A stretch of DNA of 64,000 bases from Cyanobacteria bacterium auto_48_18 (GTDB lineage: Bacteria; Cyanobacteriota; Vampirovibrionia; Obscuribacterales; Obscuribacteraceae). The stretch lies in NCBI GenBank assembly GCA_036170915.1, contig JAVHQC010000015.1:32001-96000 (forward strand), in the 5' to 3' direction. A program made the translations under genes and the position numbers. Within the stretch, counting starts at the first letter, position 1; each line of letters opens with the position of its first letter. The notes under the pieces were generated by a model. The model was not told the DNA's origin and made no database searches. It saw only the letters and a program-made list of their open reading frames with translations. Shown here piece after piece: positions 60,216-64,000 of the stretch.

Positions 60216-60428
60216 ATGAAACAAGTTTGTTCAATGATGGCGGGTGTGGTAATTGAAATCCTCGTCAAGCCAGGCGACCAGGTTAGCGAAGGCACTGACG
60301 TAGCCATTCTTGAATCAATGAAAATGCAATTGCCAGTGGCTTCCACTGAGGCCGGCAAGGTTGAAGAAGTCAAAGTTACCGGCGGAGATTTTGTCAACGA
60401 AGGCGACTTGATCATCACGCTGAGCTAA
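60216..60428 (+). CDS. Stand-alone biotin carboxyl carrier protein (YngHB-like)
   Basis: ESMKM biotinylation motif, VKPGDQV, GDFVNEGD; ATG 60216 with GGGAG SD. Confidence 0.92.
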   Translation: MKQVCSMMAGVVIEILVKPGDQVSEGTDVAILESMKMQLPVASTEAGKVEEVKVTGGDFVNEGDLIITLS

Positions 60429-60449
60429 TCTATTTATTAGTGGTTAATT

Positions 60450-61388
60450 ATGTTCGAAGCATTGCCAGCCAGCATTCAAGTATTTGAAGTCGGCCCCCGC
60501 GACGGGTTGCAGAATGAGTCGGCTATGGTCGCAACTGCCGATAAAATCAAGTTGATAGAAGCAATTGCTGCCGCCGGTCTCAAGCAAATTGAAATCACTT
60601 CTTTTGTCTCGCCCAAATGGATACCACAATTAGCTGATGGTGCGGCTCTTGCCAAAGAGTTGCACTTAGCTCCGTCGCTTGGTGTGCGCACCTCTGCCCT
60701 GGTGCCAAATTTAAAGGGCTATGAAGCTGCCGTGCAGGCCGAGCTCAAGCAAATCAATTTGTTCATGTCGGCTTCGCAGTCGCACAGCAAGAAAAATATC
60801 AATAAAACTATCGACGAGGCAGTGGCTGCCATGGCTGAAGTGGCCACAGTTGCTAAGGCTGATGGCAAGCGGGTGCGCTGTTATCTTTCTACGGTTTTTG
60901 CCTGCCCTTATGAAGGAAAAATTGCACCCAGCGCGGTTTTTGAAATTGTGCAGAAACTTTTGGCAATGGATGTGGACGAAATTTCGCTGGGTGACACTAT
61001 TGGCGCGGCCACACCGAAAGAGGTCTTTCAGATGGTCAAGGCACTTTCTAGAGATGTATCCCTGTCAGCACTGGCTCTGCATTTTCATGATACGCGCGGT
61101 ACAGCACTGGCTAATGTGGTGGCAGGGTTGGAGAGCGGCGTCACTATTTTTGACAGCAGTCTGGGCGGCCTTGGTGGTTGCCCTTATGCGCCGGGTGCTT
61201 CGGGAAATCTAGCTACTGAAGATCTCGTCTATATGCTGCATGGTATGGGCATTAACACTGGCATTGATTTAGAAAAACTAGTAGATGCCGGCCTATTGGC
61301 ACAAAGAATCTTGGGCAAAAAATTGCCAGGTCGTTATTTGATGGCTCGGTTGGCGGAGCGCGAACAGTCTATTAAAGCCAGCGCTTGA
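60450..61388 (+). CDS. Hydroxymethylglutaryl-CoA lyase
   Basis: EVGPRDGLQNE, SFVSPKWIPQ, LHFHDT, GLGGCPYAPGASGNLATED. Confidence 0.96.
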   Translation: MFEALPASIQVFEVGPRDGLQNESAMVATADKIKLIEAIAAAGLKQIEITSFVSPKWIPQLADGAALAKELHLAPSLGVRTSALVPNLKGYEAAVQAELKQINLFMSASQSHSKKNINKTIDEAVAAMAEVATVAKADGKRVRCYLSTVFACPYEGKIAPSAVFEIVQKLLAMDVDEISLGDTIGAATPKEVFQMVKALSRDVSLSALALHFHDTRGTALANVVAGLESGVTIFDSSLGGLGGCPYAPGASGNLATEDLVYMLHGMGINTGIDLEKLVDAGLLAQRILGKKLPGRYLMARLAEREQSIKASA

Positions 61389-61401
61389 GGTGGAATTGAC
61401 G

Positions 61402-62265
61402 ATGATAACTAAGGAAAGCGTTGCTATGACTGATGAAGTGCTCACTATAGAAAGAGAAGGCTCGATTGCCTGGCTTAAACTCAATCGTCCTAAAGTGATG
61501 AATTGCCTTAACCGTCCGCTATTGAATGCACTTTTGCAGGCCTGTAGTGAACTGGCCAACGATCGCCAGATTAGAGTCGTGGCTATCATCGGAGCCGGCA
61601 GCAAGGCTTTTTGCGCTGGCGCTGACCTGGCTGAGCGTAAGGGCATGACTCAAGGCGACACCCTCGATTATCTAGCTTTAATTCAGCGCACCATGCGAGC
61701 TATTGAAACATTACCGCAGGTGGTAATTGCAGCAATAAATGGCTCAGCCTGGGGTGGCGGATTTGAACTGGCACTAGCTTGTGATCTTAGAGTTATGGTT
61801 GACACCGCTCAGATGCGTTTGACTGAGGTCAAGCTTGGTATCATCCCTGGTGCTGGTGGCACTCAGCGCTTACCTCGCCTGATTGGTAAATCAAGAGCGA
61901 AAGAATTGATTTTGACTGCTGCACCTGTAACTGCTGAAAATGGCATGGCCATTGGCTTGATTCACCGGGTGGTCGAGCTAGAAGAGGGTTATATGAATAG
62001 CTCCGCCGGTAAAGCAGTGAGCGAAGGTGGTTATCTTGAACCTTTAATGGCTCAGGTAAGAACTTGGGCTGCAGAAATTGCTACAGCTGCACCACTCTCT
62101 TTGAGGCAAGCGAAAATAGCAATTGATCAAGGCTATGACCGCGATCTGGAAGCGGGCCTGGCTCTCGAAACTCGCGCTTATCTAGAGCTGGTTAATACAA
62201 AAGATCGACTGGAAGGTCTTTCGGCGTTTGCCGAGAAACGCTCACCTGTTTTTCTCGGAGAATGA
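61402..62265 (+). CDS. Enoyl-CoA hydratase (methylglutaconyl-CoA hydratase-like)
   Basis: FCAGADLAER, GGGFELAL.CD, EVKLGIIPGAGGTQRLPRLIG, AFAEKR; start at 61402 or 61426. Confidence 0.93.
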   Translation: MITKESVAMTDEVLTIEREGSIAWLKLNRPKVMNCLNRPLLNALLQACSELANDRQIRVVAIIGAGSKAFCAGADLAERKGMTQGDTLDYLALIQRTMRAIETLPQVVIAAINGSAWGGGFELALACDLRVMVDTAQMRLTEVKLGIIPGAGGTQRLPRLIGKSRAKELILTAAPVTAENGMAIGLIHRVVELEEGYMNSSAGKAVSEGGYLEPLMAQVRTWAAEIATAAPLSLRQAKIAIDQGYDRDLEAGLALETRAYLELVNTKDRLEGLSAFAEKRSPVFLGE

Positions 62266-62377
62266 CAAAGCAGTGACAAATCGATTTTCAAAACAAGCTC
62301 AAGATTTGGAAGCAATCTGGCAAAAGACAATTTCAAATAAGAACGATTTTCCCAGTTTTTCTGGATACAAAGAAAAG

Positions 62378-63049
62378 ATGAACGGCAACGGTAGTAAACA
62401 TAATCAAATCATCGAAACTCCAACCAGAGAAACATTGCCTCTGCCGGTATCTGCTTTGATTCTCTGCGGCGGTAAATCGCAGCGAATGGGCAGGCCTAAA
62501 GCTTTCTTGCCATACGGTGGCACCACGATGATCAATCATATCTTGGGAGTAGTGAAGGACCTTTTTGCTGAGACTTTTTTGATCGCTAACGAACCGGAAG
62601 CTTTCGAAGATTTCGAAGTTGATGTGGTCAAAGATATTCTTCCTTATCGTGGCCCTCTGGGCGGCATACTTTCAGGGCTGCTGGTGGCACAGCATCCTCA
62701 CGCTTTTGTCATTGCCTGTGATATGCCTCTTGTAGAGCCTAAATTGATTAGGCAGCTAGTCAGTCAGCGCCACGACCATGATGTTGTGGTGGCATCACAC
62801 GAAGATGGCATTGAGCCGCTGCTGGGCGTATATTCTAAAAACTGTATCAAACCTTTAGAAGAGTCGTTATTTAACGGTGATCTCTCACTAAAAGATTTTC
62901 TTTCTGGTCTCAATTCAGCTACTTTTGAAATTGACGAGAGTAAAGAAGAGTCTGGTTTACCAGCTTATTTCAATGTCAATACGCCGCAAGATTACAGCCG
63001 CCTGGTAACTGGCGGTGCTATTCAAATATTCCCCAATAAACGTAACTAA
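62378..63049 (+). CDS. mobA: Molybdenum cofactor guanylyltransferase
   Basis: LCGGKSQRMGRPKA, D...GPLGGI, ACDMP, EPL..Y, FNVNTP. Confidence 0.92.
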   Translation: MNGNGSKHNQIIETPTRETLPLPVSALILCGGKSQRMGRPKAFLPYGGTTMINHILGVVKDLFAETFLIANEPEAFEDFEVDVVKDILPYRGPLGGILSGLLVAQHPHAFVIACDMPLVEPKLIRQLVSQRHDHDVVVASHEDGIEPLLGVYSKNCIKPLEESLFNGDLSLKDFLSGLNSATFEIDESKEESGLPAYFNVNTPQDYSRLVTGGAIQIFPNKRN

Positions 63050-63143
63050 AATCTCCTTGCGCACTCGCTCCAGCGGCTTAGTGTCCCGGTTTGACATACA
63101 GTCTCCTGGCAACCTGTTAAGATTGAATAACAAGCGAGGACGT

Positions 63144-64000
63144 ATGACAGAACCCAAAAAACTGATTTCTCTGCTACGTACTTTTGAGGAACAGGCCGCC
63201 GAGCGGGCCACAAAGCTAATTGCAGAACAGAAAGGCATCGAACTTGCATCTTTGAGCGCGCGCGCCGACAAAGATTTGGTGCAGGCACTGAAAGCACAGG
63301 CCCAGGCGGAACTGCTCAGTGAGCAGGAATTGCACCTGGTCGAAAGTGCCACGAAACTGGCTGAAGCTCTAGCCTCTCTGGCGGTACAAACAGTGGAGAT
63401 CGAGGCAGCCAAACTGTTGTCTTTGCAAAGGCAAGATTTTGTTGCCACGCTCACCCATGATTTGAAGAATCCGCTTATAGGGGCTAATCGTCTCTTGGAG
63501 TTGTTCATTGCCGGGCAACTTGGTCCGATAAATGATCAACAGACAGAGTTATTGACTGAGCTGAGAAAAAGCAATAGCGAATCGCTGACTTTGATAAACA
63601 CTCTCAGTGATGTCTATCGCTATGAAACGGATCCTGGTGAGATCTCCCGGGAAGAAGCACCACTGATTCCTATTGTTGAAGCATCTTATCGAGAAATACA
63701 GAACTGGGCACATGTGAATAATGTGCAGACAAGTCTGGTAGTTCCGGATGAGATGAAGCCTTGTTATGTGGATAGTTCGCCCATTCGCCGTTTGCTTGAT
63801 AATTTGCTGGGCAATGCCATGAAGTTTGCCGGCCCTGATGGTTGTGTTGACGTTAGCGTGACAAAGGCCGATGGCGAAGCGATTATCGAAGTGCATGATG
63901 ATGGTGTAGGCATTCCTAAACAGGAGAGAATACATCTCTTTAAGCGATTTTCTCAAGGTGCTTTAGGCAAGCGTTACAGTGGTGGCAGTGGCTTAGGTCT
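63144..64000 (+). CDS. Cytoplasmic histidine kinase with a helical N-terminus (runs off the window; absent from the ORF track)
   Basis: ATG 63144 with GAGGA SD; my translation gives QDFVATLTHDLKNPL, NLLGNAMKF, DDGVGIP and GSGLG. Confidence 0.9.
   Translation, partial: MTEPKKLISLLRTFEEQAAERATKLIAEQKGIELASLSARADKDLVQALKAQAQAELLSEQELHLVESATKLAEALASLAVQTVEIEAAKLLSLQRQDFVATLTHDLKNPLIGANRLLELFIAGQLGPINDQQTELLTELRKSNSESLTLINTLSDVYRYETDPGEISREEAPLIPIVEASYREIQNWAHVNNVQTSLVVPDEMKPCYVDSSPIRRLLDNLLGNAMKFAGPDGCVDVSVTKADGEAIIEVHDDGVGIPKQERIHLFKRFSQGALGKRYSGGSGLG

Noticed and set aside
62957..63956. Minus-strand ORFs of 183, 83 and 135 aa
   Set aside because: They are shadows of the plus-strand kinase starting at 63144, which has clear H, N and G boxes.

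Overview
A 64-kb chromosomal segment of a free-living bacterium. Gene content suggests a non-photosynthetic Cyanobacteriota relative (Melainabacteria/Vampirovibrionia, Obscuribacterales-like); this is inference, not a database result. It carries housekeeping genes: pyrG, gatC, polA, csaA, purA, holB, a class-B DnaJ, gpsA, mobA, corA, uup, oppABC and an rpmG-trnW-secE-nusG-rplK-rplA operon, in which rpmG and tRNA-Trp are absent from the ORF track. These are mixed with two signalling clusters, TPR proteins, two TadE-like pilins, an orphan AbiEi-like gene, an immunity-like cluster and a partial leucine-catabolism cluster. I saw no CRISPR array, rRNA, transposase or prophage. The most striking observations are: (i) a disordered 588-aa protein with 10 WG motifs between a coiled coil and a C-terminal amphipathic helix; (ii) a full-length secreted PafA-type alkaline phosphatase that has lost its nucleophile and nearly all metal ligands; (iii) a stand-alone ~59%-identical copy of a kinase sensor domain upstream of its parent kinase, in a phosphorelay ending in a degenerate GGDEF protein; (iv) a degenerate ethylene-receptor-like sensor separated from its kinase by a +1 frameshift; (v) a terminator-like hairpin at the very start of the ribosomal/nusG operon transcript. 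All family assignments come from motif recognition by eye.
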